NCBI RefSeq assembly: GCF_001457595.1
Contig: NZ_LN831039.1
Location: 3,360,001 to 3,392,000, forward strand
Length of the DNA: 32,000 bases
Source of the DNA: Mycolicibacterium smegmatis
GTDB taxonomy: Bacteria > Actinomycetota > Actinomycetes > Mycobacteriales > Mycobacteriaceae
Reading direction: 5' to 3'
Part shown: in pieces, positions 19,289 to 28,617 of the stretch
How the letters are laid out: each line of letters starts with the position of its first letter
How positions within the stretch are numbered: the first letter of the stretch is position 1
Position numbers and translations under genes: made by a program
The notes under the pieces: model-generated
What the model saw: the letters and a program-made list of their open reading frames with translations, nothing else
Databases searched by the model: none
Told to the model about the DNA's origin: nothing

Positions 19289-20209
19289 GTGAGAGCTGGA
19301 CGTCAGAACCGGCGGGGCAAGATGTGGCGTTTCGCGGTGGTCCTCGCCGCGAGCGGCGCACTGACCCTGTCGGCGTGCGCGAGCGGTGAAGGCGGAGGCG
19401 AATCGTCGCCGGAGTCGACCCAGGCGGCGTCAGGGGCCAAGGTCGACGAGATCGCCAACACCCTGCCCGAGGACATCAAGTCCTCCGGCAAACTGATCGT
19501 CGGCGTGAACATCCCTTACGCGCCCAACGAGTTCAAGGACCCCAGCGGCAAGATCGTCGGCTTCGACGTCGACCTGATGAACGCGGTCGCCGCGACGCTG
19601 GGTCTCACCCCGGAGTATCGCGAGGCCGATTTCGCAAAGATCATCCCCTCGATCCAGGGTGGAACGTTCAACGTCGGCATGTCGTCGTTCACCGACACCA
19701 AGGAACGTGAGCAGTCGGTCGACTTCGTCACCTACTTCTCGGCGGGGTCGCTGTGGGCGCAGCGCGTCGGTGGCGGCATCGACCCCGAGAACGCCTGCGG
19801 CAAGAAGGTGGCGGTTCAGGCCACGACCGTTCAGGAGACCGACGAACTGCCCGCGCGGAGCAAGAAGTGCACCGACGCCGGTCAGCCCGCCATCGAGATC
19901 GTGCCGTTCGACGGCCAGGACGCCGCGACCAACGCCGTGGTGCTCGGCCAGGTCGACGCCATGTCGGCGGATTCCCCGGTGACGCTGTACGCCATCAAGC
20001 AGAGCAACGGAAAGCTCGAGAAGGCGGGCGAGGTGTTCGACTCCGCGCCCTACGGCTGGCCGGTCGCGAAGGGCTCGCCGCTGGCGCAGTCGCTGCAGCA
20101 GGCGCTGCAGCACCTCATCGACAACGGCGAATACGAGAAGATCGCCGCCAACTGGGGTCTCGAGGACGGAACCATCGACAAGCCGGCCATCAACGGCGCG
20201 GTCAGTTAG
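19289..20209 (+). CDS. Glutamate/polar amino-acid ABC transporter substrate-binding lipoprotein
   Basis: Lipobox LSACAS; family 3 SBP sequence (LIVGVNIPYAPNEFKDPSGKIVGFDVDLMNAVAATLGLTPEYREADFAKIIPSIQGGTFNVGMSSFTDTKERE). Confidence 0.92.
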   Translation: MRAGRQNRRGKMWRFAVVLAASGALTLSACASGEGGGESSPESTQAASGAKVDEIANTLPEDIKSSGKLIVGVNIPYAPNEFKDPSGKIVGFDVDLMNAVAATLGLTPEYREADFAKIIPSIQGGTFNVGMSSFTDTKEREQSVDFVTYFSAGSLWAQRVGGGIDPENACGKKVAVQATTVQETDELPARSKKCTDAGQPAIEIVPFDGQDAATNAVVLGQVDAMSADSPVTLYAIKQSNGKLEKAGEVFDSAPYGWPVAKGSPLAQSLQQALQHLIDNGEYEKIAANWGLEDGTIDKPAINGAVS

Positions 20210-20218
20210 GAACGCACA

Positions 20219-21151
20219 GTGACAGATGTCGACACGCCGCCACAGGCGGCCCCGGCCGCTATTGACGCGGTGCCGCTGCGCCACCCCTGGCGCTGGGTGG
20301 CGGCGGTCGTCATCGTCGTACTCGCGGCCCTTTTCCTCTACGGCGCGGCGACCAACGATTCGTATCGCTGGCCGATCTACTTCGAGTACCTGTTCAACGA
20401 GCGGGTCCTCACGGTCGGTGTGCTCAACACGCTGCAACTGACCATCTACTCGATGCTCATCGCCATCGTCCTCGGCGTGCTGCTCGCGGTGATGCGGCTG
20501 TCGCCGAACCCGGTGTTCCGGTCGGTAGCGTGGGTGTACCTGTGGATCTTCCGCGGCACCCCGGTGTACGTGCAGTTGGTGTTCTGGGGTCTGCTCCCGA
20601 CGATCTACCAGAACATCCAGCTGGGCGTGCCGTTCGGGCCGTCGTTCTTCCACCTCAACCTGCAGTCGCTGTCCATCCCGTTCCTGCTGGCGATCCTCGG
20701 CCTGGCCCTCAACGAGGCCGCCTACATGGCCGAGATCATCCGCGCGGGTATCAGCTCGGTGCCCGAGGGGCAGATGGAAGCGTCCACGGCACTGGGCATG
20801 TCGTGGGGGCTGGCGATGCGGCGCACGGTGCTCCCGCAGGCGATGCGCGTCATCATCCCGCCCACGGGCAACGAGATCATCAGCATGCTCAAGACCACAT
20901 CGCTGGTGACCGCGGTGCCGTTCACCCTCGATCTGTACGGCATCACCTCACGTGAGATCGCCGCCCGGATCTTCGAACCCGTGCCGCTGCTGCTGGTGGC
21001 CGCGACGTGGTACCTCGTGATCACGAGCATCCTGATGGTCGGCCAGTACTACCTGGAGCGCTACTACTCGCGGGGTGCCTCGCGGAAGCTGACCACCAAG
21101 CAGCTCGAGGCGCTCGCCAAGGCCCAGACGGTAGGAGAAGCACACCCGTGA
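20219..21151 (+). CDS. Amino-acid ABC transporter permease (HisM/GlnP type)
   Basis: [80 protein letters not shown]. Confidence 0.94.
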   Translation: MTDVDTPPQAAPAAIDAVPLRHPWRWVAAVVIVVLAALFLYGAATNDSYRWPIYFEYLFNERVLTVGVLNTLQLTIYSMLIAIVLGVLLAVMRLSPNPVFRSVAWVYLWIFRGTPVYVQLVFWGLLPTIYQNIQLGVPFGPSFFHLNLQSLSIPFLLAILGLALNEAAYMAEIIRAGISSVPEGQMEASTALGMSWGLAMRRTVLPQAMRVIIPPTGNEIISMLKTTSLVTAVPFTLDLYGITSREIAARIFEPVPLLLVAATWYLVITSILMVGQYYLERYYSRGASRKLTTKQLEALAKAQTVGEAHP

Positions 21152-21933
21152 CCACAGCGGAAGCCACCAGCGGCGACTACATGGTGCGCGCCGAGAGCGT
21201 GTGCAAGAACTTCGGTGCGCTCAAGGTGCTGCGGGGTGTCACCCTCAATGTCTCGAAGGGACAGGTGCTGGTGCTCGTCGGCCCGTCCGGTTCGGGCAAG
21301 TCGACGTTCCTGCGGTGCATCAACCATCTGGAGACCGTGAGTGCGGGGCGGCTCTACGTCGACGGACAACTCGTCGGCTACCGCGAACGCGGCGGCAAAC
21401 TGCACGAGATGAAGCCGTCCGACGTGGCCAAACAGCGTCGCGACGTCGGAATGGTGTTCCAGCACTTCAACTTGTTCCCGCACCGCACCGCGCTGGCCAA
21501 CATCATCGAGGCGCCCATCAAGGTCAAGGGCGTCAAGAAGAAGGAGGCCATCGACCGGGCCCGCGATCTGCTCAACCAGGTGGGTCTGGCGGACAAGGCC
21601 GAGGCCTACCCGGCGCAGCTGTCGGGTGGTCAGCAACAGCGCGTGGCCATCGCGCGCGCGCTCGCGATGAACCCCAAGCTCATGCTGTTCGACGAGCCCA
21701 CCTCGGCGCTGGACCCCGAACTCGTCGGCGATGTCCTCGGCGTGATGAAGAAGCTCGCCTCCGAGGGCATGACCATGGTGGTGGTCACTCACGAGATGGG
21801 TTTCGCGCGCGAGGTCGCCGACAAGCTGGTCTTCATGGACGGCGGCGTCATCGTCGAGAGCGGCGATCCCCGCGAGGTCATGGCAAACCCGAAACACGAA
21901 CGGACAAAAGCCTTCCTGTCCAAGGTGATGTAG
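21148..21933 (+). CDS. Amino-acid ABC transporter ATP-binding protein (GlnQ type)
   Basis: [57 protein letters not shown] at 21148 overlaps the permease stop (GTGA). Confidence 0.95.
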   Translation: MTTAEATSGDYMVRAESVCKNFGALKVLRGVTLNVSKGQVLVLVGPSGSGKSTFLRCINHLETVSAGRLYVDGQLVGYRERGGKLHEMKPSDVAKQRRDVGMVFQHFNLFPHRTALANIIEAPIKVKGVKKKEAIDRARDLLNQVGLADKAEAYPAQLSGGQQQRVAIARALAMNPKLMLFDEPTSALDPELVGDVLGVMKKLASEGMTMVVVTHEMGFAREVADKLVFMDGGVIVESGDPREVMANPKHERTKAFLSKVM

Positions 21934-21942
21934 CCCGTCGGG

Positions 21943-21948
21943 TAGCGT
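21943..21948 (+). promoter_or_regulatory. Candidate leaderless-type -10 (TAGCGT) of the sulfurtransferase gene
   Basis: TAGCGT-N7-GTG(21956). Confidence 0.45.
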
Positions 21949-21955
21949 CGGACGG

Positions 21956-22816
21956 GTGGCGACAACTCGTTCCGACGTCTTCATCAGCACCGCGGAGCTC
22001 ATCCAGCTGCTCGCGGCAGGCGGCCCGGTGACCCTGCTCGACGTGCGCTGGACCCTGGCCGAGCCGAACGGTGAACAGGCCTATCTCGACGGGCATCTGC
22101 CCGGCGCGGTCTACGTGTCGCTCGACGACGAGCTCGCCGACCACACCGTGCGCGGCCGCGGCCGTCACCCACTGCCGTCCGGACGTCACCTCGAGGCCGC
22201 CGCGCGCCGCTGGGGCGTGCGCGACGGTGTCCCGACCGTGGTGTACGACGACTGGAACCGCGCGGGTTCGGCGCGTGCCTGGTGGTGTCTGACCGCCGCG
22301 GGGATCAGCGGTGTGCGCATCCTCGACGGTGGTCTGGGGGCCTGGGTTGCGGGCGGAGGCGGTGTCGAGACCGGTCCGGTGACACCGGAACCGGGCGACG
22401 TCCGCGTCGTCCACGACGATCTGTACCGCGGCGCGCTGCCCACGCTGACCGCCGACGACGTGCAGTCCGCGGCTGCTCTGATCGACGCCAGGGCGCCCGA
22501 GCGGTTCCGCGGTGAGGTCGAGCCGGTCGACCCCGTCGCCGGTCACGTCCCGGGCGCGGTGAACCTGCCGAGCACCGGGCTGCTCAATCCCGACGGCACC
22601 CTGCGTGACGAGGCACAGGTGCGTGCGCTTCTCGCCGACCGCGGCGTCGACGACACCGGGGACACCGCAGTGGGTGCCTACTGCGGTTCGGGCGTGACGG
22701 CCGCGCTCACCGTGGCGGGCCTGGCCGCGGCGGGTGTCGATGCCGCGCTGTTCCCGGGATCCTGGTCGGAGTGGGTCTGCGATCCCGGCCGCCCGGTGGC
22801 ACGCGGCGAGAAGTAG
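21956..22816 (+). CDS. Thiosulfate/3-mercaptopyruvate sulfurtransferase (tandem rhodanese)
   Basis: VTLLDVRWTL, GHLPGAVYVSLDDEL, LIDARAPERFRGEVEPVDPVAGHVPGAVNLPST, active-site loop YCGSGVTA. Confidence 0.9.
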   Translation: MATTRSDVFISTAELIQLLAAGGPVTLLDVRWTLAEPNGEQAYLDGHLPGAVYVSLDDELADHTVRGRGRHPLPSGRHLEAAARRWGVRDGVPTVVYDDWNRAGSARAWWCLTAAGISGVRILDGGLGAWVAGGGGVETGPVTPEPGDVRVVHDDLYRGALPTLTADDVQSAAALIDARAPERFRGEVEPVDPVAGHVPGAVNLPSTGLLNPDGTLRDEAQVRALLADRGVDDTGDTAVGAYCGSGVTAALTVAGLAAAGVDAALFPGSWSEWVCDPGRPVARGEK

Positions 22817-22858
22817 ACGGCGTGGCGATCGGTGCCCTGAGCGGGCGTGCGATCACCT

Positions 22859-22864
22859 TAAGCT
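22859..22864 (+). promoter_or_regulatory. Candidate leaderless-type -10 (TAAGCT) of the histidine kinase gene
   Basis: TAAGCT-N6-GTG(22871). Confidence 0.55.
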
Positions 22865-22870
22865 GAGCAC

Positions 22871-24007
22871 GTGCAGCGCGAGCCCGACCCGGTCACACCG
22901 TTGTGGCGTGCCGCGCAGGGTTTTCGGCTGCTGAGTTGCCTGTATGCGCTGGGGTTCCACATCGCGATCACCGATGATCTGCGGCGTCCGGTGCTCGGGT
23001 GGGTCCTGTTCGCCGGCCTCATCGTGTGGAGCGCGGCATGCGCGACGGTCTATCTGACCGGGTCCCGCAGGCGCGGGACGTGGGTGATCGCCGAGCTCGT
23101 CGTGGTGGTCGCGCTGATGCTGTCGACGGAGCTGGTGGCGTCCGAACAGTGGATCGCCGACAACCAGTCCTGGCCGACGACGCTGTGGGCGACCAACGCC
23201 ACCATCTCGGTGGCGTTGCACTTCGGCCCGATCGGGGGCATGTCCGCCGGGCTCGCGGTGATGGCGACGGTCGCGCTGCTCAAGGGCCATGTGAGCGTCA
23301 ACCTCGGCCGCAACGCCACCATCGTGATCGAGCTCGCGGTCGGTCTGGCTGTCGGGATGGCCGCGCAGACCGCGCGGCGCGCGCACGCCGAACTGGAACG
23401 CGCCGTGCGACTCTCGGCGGCCCTGGAGGAACGTGAACGGCTCTCGAGGCGCGTGCACGACGGCGCGATCCAGGTGCTCGCCCTGGTGGCGCGCAGGGGG
23501 CGTGAGATCGGTGGCGAGACCGCGAAGCTGGCCGAACTCGCGGGTGAGCAGGAACGTGCCCTGCGTCGTCTGGTCAGCGCGGCCGACACCGACACCATGG
23601 CAGGCCCGCTCACCGATGTGGGTGCCCTGCTGCGGACGAGGGCCTCCGACCGGGTGTCGGTGAGTGTGCCCGCCGAACCGGTGCTGCTGGACCATCCGGT
23701 CGCGCGGGAACTGTTCGCGGCGGCCGAGAACGCGCTCGACAACGTCGCCGCGCATGCCGGCGCCGACGCTCGGGCGTTCGTGCTGCTGGAGGACCTGGGC
23801 GAGGAGGTCACGGTGAGCATCCGCGACGACGGTGTGGGCATCCCGGAGGGGCGGCTCGCCGAGGCCGAGCGGCAGGGTCGCATGGGTGTCGCGAAATCCA
23901 TTGTGGGACGCATGGATTGGCTGGGAGGTACGGCGGTGTTGACGACGGGACCGGACAGCGGGACCGAGTGGGAGCTCACCGTTCCGCGCACACGGAAGGG
24001 GCAGTGA
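22871..24007 (+). CDS. NarL-family sensor histidine kinase (HisKA_3/HATPase_c)
   Basis: Hydrophobic N-terminal helices; LSRRVHDGAIQVLALVARRG H-box; AAENALDNVAAHAGA; DDGVGIPEGRLAEAERQGRMGVAKSI. Confidence 0.9.
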   Translation: MQREPDPVTPLWRAAQGFRLLSCLYALGFHIAITDDLRRPVLGWVLFAGLIVWSAACATVYLTGSRRRGTWVIAELVVVVALMLSTELVASEQWIADNQSWPTTLWATNATISVALHFGPIGGMSAGLAVMATVALLKGHVSVNLGRNATIVIELAVGLAVGMAAQTARRAHAELERAVRLSAALEERERLSRRVHDGAIQVLALVARRGREIGGETAKLAELAGEQERALRRLVSAADTDTMAGPLTDVGALLRTRASDRVSVSVPAEPVLLDHPVARELFAAAENALDNVAAHAGADARAFVLLEDLGEEVTVSIRDDGVGIPEGRLAEAERQGRMGVAKSIVGRMDWLGGTAVLTTGPDSGTEWELTVPRTRKGQ

Positions 24008-24663
24008 TGACCGATGCGGCACCCACGGTGATGGTGGTCGACGACCACCCGATCTGGCGAGATGCCGTCGCCCGCGACCTCGCCGACGACGGTTTCGACG
24101 TCGTCGCCACGGCCGACGGCGTCGCGTCGGCGTCCCGCCGTGCCGCGGTGGTCCGCCCCGACGTGGTCCTGATGGACATGCGCCTCGGCGACGGTTCCGG
24201 GGCTCAGGCCACCGCGGAGGTGCTCGCGGTCTCACCGCGGTCGCGCGTGCTGGTGCTGTCGGCCTCCGACGAACGCGACGACGTGCTGCAGGCGGTCAAG
24301 GCAGGCGCCACGGGATATCTGGTGAAGAGCGCATCGAGAACCGAACTCGCCGACGCGGTCCGCGCCACCGCGGAGGGCCGCGCGGTCTTCACCCCCGGTC
24401 TGGCGGGACTGGTGCTGGGGGAGTATCGGCGCATCGCGCAACAACCGGCACAGGAGGGGCCCGCGACGCCCACCCTCACCGAACGCGAGACCGAGATCCT
24501 GCGGTATGTGGCGAAAGGCCTGACAGCCAAACAGATCGCCGCGCGTCTTTCGCTGAGTCACCGCACCGTGGAGAACCACGTGCAGGCGACGTTCCGCAAG
24601 CTCCAGGTCGCCAACCGGGTCGAACTCGCCCGCTACGCGATAGAACACGGGCTGGACGAGTAG
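24007..24663 (+). CDS. LuxR/NarL-family response regulator
   Basis: VMVVDDHPIWRDAVARDL, VVLMDMRLGDGSG, KAGATGYLVKSA, HTH LTERETEILRYVAKGLTAKQIAARLSLSHRTVENHVQATFRKL. Stop/start overlap with the HK (TGATG). Confidence 0.95.
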   Translation: MTDAAPTVMVVDDHPIWRDAVARDLADDGFDVVATADGVASASRRAAVVRPDVVLMDMRLGDGSGAQATAEVLAVSPRSRVLVLSASDERDDVLQAVKAGATGYLVKSASRTELADAVRATAEGRAVFTPGLAGLVLGEYRRIAQQPAQEGPATPTLTERETEILRYVAKGLTAKQIAARLSLSHRTVENHVQATFRKLQVANRVELARYAIEHGLDE

Positions 24664-24706
24664 TCCTACTCATCTCATCGCCGGGTTTTGCTGCCAGTGT
24701 GACGGC

Positions 24707-26548
24707 ATGACCGAACCCCAACGTGCAGTCATCGCCCGGGTGACGGCAGATCTCACGGCCGTTTCGGCGTACCTGAACCGGATGGCCGGTGATCTGGCCA
24801 CTCTGGACCGGCTGGTGGCCCAGCAGTCCGCGGCGCCGCGTCCCGAAGCCGTCGCACCGCAGTGGTCCCCGCAGGCGCCTCAGCAGCCGCCCCGGCAGTG
24901 GACCCCGCAACCGGTTGCGCCGGTCGCCCCGGTGGCCGTGCCTGCTCGGCAACCGGACACCCCGCCCAAGCCGCGCTCGGAAGGGTGGATCGGCAAGGTA
25001 CTGGCGGTGGCCGGTGTCGCAGTGACGCTCGTCGGCGTGGTGTCGCTGCTGGTGCTGGCCGCACAGGCCGGCATCCTGCGCCCCGAGGTGCGAGTGGCGG
25101 CAGGGGCGGCCCTGGCCGTGGCGCTGGTGGCCGTCGCGATGTGGCTCGACCGCCGTCCCGGTGGCCGGGTCGGGGCGGTCGCACTCGCGGCGACCGGTGT
25201 GGCCGCGGCGTACATGGACGTGATCGCGGTGACGGCCATCTACGAATGGGTCCCGGCCCCGGTGGGTTTGGCGCTGGCCGGGGTCGTCGGGGCCTGCGGC
25301 CTGATGCTGGCGCGGTGGTGGGGCTCCGAGCAACTCGGGTTGCTGGTGTTCGTGCCGCTGATCGCGTTGGCGCCGGTGATCACCGACGGCGTGACGCTGC
25401 TGCTGATCGGTTTCATGCTGGCGCTGTCGGCGGCGTCGCTTCCGGTGCAGTTCGGCCGGGACTGGTTCTGGCTGCACGCCGCGCGCACGGCCGCGGTGAC
25501 GATCCCGCTGCTCGTCGCACTGGTCTCGGCCGCGATCGGCGGGCGCGAGGATCTCCGGCTGGCCCTGGTGTGTGCACTGGCGGCGGTGCCTGCGCTCGCG
25601 GGTGGTGTGACGGTGTCGCGCTTCAGCACCAGGCCGGTGGCGACCACGGTGGTCTCGGCGCTGGGAACGGTTCCGCTGCTGTGTGTTTCGGCCACCGCGG
25701 ACCGCGTGCCTGCCGTCCTGCTGATCGGCGGGCTGGCGGCCGCGGCGCTGGCCGTCGCGGCCATCGGGGACCGGCTGCCGGGCATCGGGGCGCCGGTGCG
25801 CCGGGTGTGGGCCGCAACCTCGGCGGCGGCCGCTCTGATCGCCGTGCTCGTGGCGTTCGACGGCACGGTGGCCGCGCCGGTGCTGCTGGCGATGTCGATC
25901 GCGATCGCGGTGGGCGGGCAGCGCCATCCGGTCGGGCGTTGCGCCGCAATCGGTTTCGCGTTGATCGGCGCGATGTTCTACCTCGACCACGCGGCGCCGG
26001 CCATGCTCGTCGAGGCGACACCGCTCGACGGCCCGACTGTCGCCTCGGTCGTGATCGGCAGTGTGATGCTGATCGGTGCCGCGGCCGCGAACGGCTGGAC
26101 ATGGTCGCGGGCGGTGTCCGATACCGAGGTTGTGCGCCTGGTGTGGGTCGCGGTATCAGCGGTGATCGGATACGCGGCGACCGCGCTGACCGTCACGGTC
26201 GGGGTGGCGCTGGGCGGGGCGGAGGTGGGCTTTTTGGCCGGGCATATGGCCGCAACGCTCAGTTGGATCGTGGCCGCGGCCCTGGCGTTCGGATACGCCG
26301 CACGACGTCCGGGCGCATCGCGGTCGGTGCTGATCGGCGGGGGACTGGTGCTGGTGGCCGCGGCGACGGGCAAGCTGTTCCTGTTCGACCTCGGCACGCT
26401 GGACGGCATGTACCGGGTCGTGCTGTTCATCGTGGGCGGGCTGGTGCTGCTGGGAATGGGCGCGGGTTATGCACGGTTTCTGGCCCAGCAGTCCGACGGC
26501 CGGTCGGATGCGCAACCGGGAACGGATCACGAGGCCCACTCGACGTGA
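24707..26548 (+). CDS. Large polytopic membrane protein (DUF2339-like)
   Basis: N-terminal coiled/Pro-Gln-rich segment, then many consecutive TM helices beginning GWIGKVLAVAGVAVTLVGVVSLLVLAAQAGILRPEVR. Confidence 0.8.
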   Translation: MTEPQRAVIARVTADLTAVSAYLNRMAGDLATLDRLVAQQSAAPRPEAVAPQWSPQAPQQPPRQWTPQPVAPVAPVAVPARQPDTPPKPRSEGWIGKVLAVAGVAVTLVGVVSLLVLAAQAGILRPEVRVAAGAALAVALVAVAMWLDRRPGGRVGAVALAATGVAAAYMDVIAVTAIYEWVPAPVGLALAGVVGACGLMLARWWGSEQLGLLVFVPLIALAPVITDGVTLLLIGFMLALSAASLPVQFGRDWFWLHAARTAAVTIPLLVALVSAAIGGREDLRLALVCALAAVPALAGGVTVSRFSTRPVATTVVSALGTVPLLCVSATADRVPAVLLIGGLAAAALAVAAIGDRLPGIGAPVRRVWAATSAAAALIAVLVAFDGTVAAPVLLAMSIAIAVGGQRHPVGRCAAIGFALIGAMFYLDHAAPAMLVEATPLDGPTVASVVIGSVMLIGAAAANGWTWSRAVSDTEVVRLVWVAVSAVIGYAATALTVTVGVALGGAEVGFLAGHMAATLSWIVAAALAFGYAARRPGASRSVLIGGGLVLVAAATGKLFLFDLGTLDGMYRVVLFIVGGLVLLGMGAGYARFLAQQSDGRSDAQPGTDHEAHST

Positions 26549-26611
26549 CGTGGCAGGGCTCACAAAGAGCAAATTTGGAATGATTCCAGAAAAGGAAGCG
26601 TTGGACTGGTC

Positions 26612-27097
26612 ATGAGCGTACGTAGGACTGAATCAGATATCCAAGGTTTCCATGCCACACCGGAGTTCGGCGGCAACCTCCAGAAGGTTCTCGTCGACCT
26701 GATCGAGCTGTCCCTGCAGGGCAAACAGGCCCATTGGAACGTGGTGGGCAGCAACTTCCGTGACCTGCACCTGCAGCTCGACGAGTTGGTCGACTTCGCG
26801 CGCGAGGGCAGCGACACGATCGCCGAACGGATGCGCGCGCTGGACGCCGTTCCCGACGGCCGTTCCGACACCGTGGCGGCCACCACGACGCTGCCGGAAT
26901 TCCCCGCGTTCGAGCGCAGCACAGCCGATGTCGTCGACCTCATCACCACCCGTATCAACGCCACGGTCGACACCATCCGGCGCGTCCACGACGCGGTGGA
27001 CGCCGAGGATCCCAGCACGGCCGATCTGCTGCACGGGCTGATCGACGGGCTGGAGAAGCAGGCGTGGCTGATCCGCTCGGAGAACCGGAAGGTCTAA
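26612..27097 (+). CDS. dps2: Dps/ferritin-like DNA-binding protein
   Basis: LIELSLQGKQAHWNVVGSNFRDLHLQLDELVDFAREGSDTIAERMRAL is the Dps ferroxidase signature; sequence matches my recollection of M. smegmatis Dps2. Confidence 0.9.
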   Translation: MSVRRTESDIQGFHATPEFGGNLQKVLVDLIELSLQGKQAHWNVVGSNFRDLHLQLDELVDFAREGSDTIAERMRALDAVPDGRSDTVAATTTLPEFPAFERSTADVVDLITTRINATVDTIRRVHDAVDAEDPSTADLLHGLIDGLEKQAWLIRSENRKV

Positions 27098-28413
27098 CCG
27101 CCGGCCGGGTTGCCGACGGACTCCGAGCGCGCGTCGCCGGTCCGAAGCGGCGCGCGCTCGCCGTCGCGGCGGCCGACCAGGTACCACGTCCTCATCACAC
27201 CTTTGCCCTTGACCTCCACCTCGCCCCGCTCCTCGAGCACGAACGCGTGGCGCAAACGGAGGCACATGTCGTCGGGCACCTGGATGCGCCCTTCGACATC
27301 GGTGCTCTCCATACGCGAGGCGACATTGACCGCGTCACCCCACACGTCGTAGAAGAACCGGCGCGCACCGACCACCCCGGCCACCACCGGTCCGGCGGCC
27401 AGGCCGATCCGCAGTGGTACGCGCCTGCCTTCGGGATCGGTGAGATCGGCGACGGCCGCGGCCATGTCGAGCGCGAGTGCCGCGAGCGCCTCGGCGTGGT
27501 CGGTGCGGGGCTCGGGGATGCCGCCGACCACCATGTACGAATCGCCGCTGGTCTTGACCTTCTCCAGGCAGTGCTGCTCGACGAGCGCATCGAGATCGGT
27601 GTAGAGCGTGTCGAGGAACCGCACCAGATCACACGGCGCGGTCTCGCTGGCGCGTTTGGTGTAGCCGGCGATGTCGGCGAACAGGATCGAGGCGTCGTCG
27701 TATCGGTCGGCGATGATGGTGCGCGCCGGGTCTTTGAGCCGTGTCGCGATCGTGGCGGGAAGAATGTTCGCGAGCAACTTCTCCGAGCGCTGGTACTCGG
27801 CCTCCATCGCGTCCTCGGCGCGCGCGATCTCGCGTAGCGCCGACCACACGGTCGCGACCACCATCACCGCGGCCGACACCGTGGAGATCACGAATCCGAC
27901 GCTCAAGGTCCAGTGCGGGCCCAGACCCCGGTCGTCGGGCGCGAGGAACTCCAGCGCGATGGTGGCGGCGATGCCGACCGCGACGAGCGACGCGGCCAGC
28001 ACGATCCGCTCGACACCGAGGACGAGGACGACGAGCGACGCCGAGACCAGGAAGTAGAACTGGAGTCCGGAGTCGGTGCCGATCTCGTAACACATGAGCG
28101 TCACCGACACGTAGGCGATGACGATGAACGTCAACGGCGCGAGGAGTTCACCGAACCTGTGCAGCAGCGGGACCGCCATGAACAGGCCCGCGAAGACCAG
28201 GTTGAGGAAACCGAGCCGCCAGAGTTCCGCGCCGACCGCGAGTTGGAAGATCCCGAAGAGCGTCGTGACGGCCGCCGCGATCCACGTCGCGACGGCGAGC
28301 ACGCGTTGTCTGCCGGCAACCCTGTCGGCGTAGTGCCGCGTGCGGGCGGGCACGCGGTTGTCGAGCGCCAGTTCGGGCATGCAGACCGAGCGCGGACCGT
28401 CGCTGAGGACCAC
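27094..28413 (-). CDS. Membrane-anchored class III adenylate cyclase (Rv1625c-like)
   Basis: Six N-terminal TM helices; catalytic domain ASILFADIAGYTKRASE, KVKTSGDSYMVVGG, FFYDVWGDAVNVASRMESTDVEGRIQVPD. Confidence 0.92.
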   Translation of the reverse strand: MVLSDGPRSVCMPELALDNRVPARTRHYADRVAGRQRVLAVATWIAAAVTTLFGIFQLAVGAELWRLGFLNLVFAGLFMAVPLLHRFGELLAPLTFIVIAYVSVTLMCYEIGTDSGLQFYFLVSASLVVLVLGVERIVLAASLVAVGIAATIALEFLAPDDRGLGPHWTLSVGFVISTVSAAVMVVATVWSALREIARAEDAMEAEYQRSEKLLANILPATIATRLKDPARTIIADRYDDASILFADIAGYTKRASETAPCDLVRFLDTLYTDLDALVEQHCLEKVKTSGDSYMVVGGIPEPRTDHAEALAALALDMAAAVADLTDPEGRRVPLRIGLAAGPVVAGVVGARRFFYDVWGDAVNVASRMESTDVEGRIQVPDDMCLRLRHAFVLEERGEVEVKGKGVMRTWYLVGRRDGERAPLRTGDARSESVGNPAGG

Positions 28414-28419
28414 AGTCGA

Positions 28420-28425
28420 AGCCTA
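28420..28425 (-). promoter_or_regulatory. Candidate leaderless-type -10 (TAGGCT, minus strand) of the adenylate cyclase gene
   Basis: TAGGCT-N6-GTG(28413) on the minus strand. Confidence 0.5.
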
Positions 28426-28617
28426 TGCCCGCGCTGTGTGCCCCGGTCGTCGATTTCGCAGCATCGTCGATGGCGCGACGTTCGCCCGGCTTTGCGGCTT
28501 CGCTGTGCCAGCAAACCTCGCCGAGCTGATCATGTGGCACAATGGAGGCTTCAAGTGAGCGTGGCGGGTTGGCGCCACCGAGATCCCGGGGGCATTTTGA
28601 GCGACGAGCGATCGTGG

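Noticed and set aside
24862-26583. 573-aa + strand ORF in an alternative frame of the DUF2339-like gene
   Set aside because: Gly/Arg/Ala-rich frame-shadow. The 24707 frame has coherent TM helices and a natural start.
27913-28617. Upstream part of the track ORF 27913..29610
   Set aside because: It runs antisense through the adenylate cyclase N-terminus. The signal peptide starts cleanly at ATG 28618.
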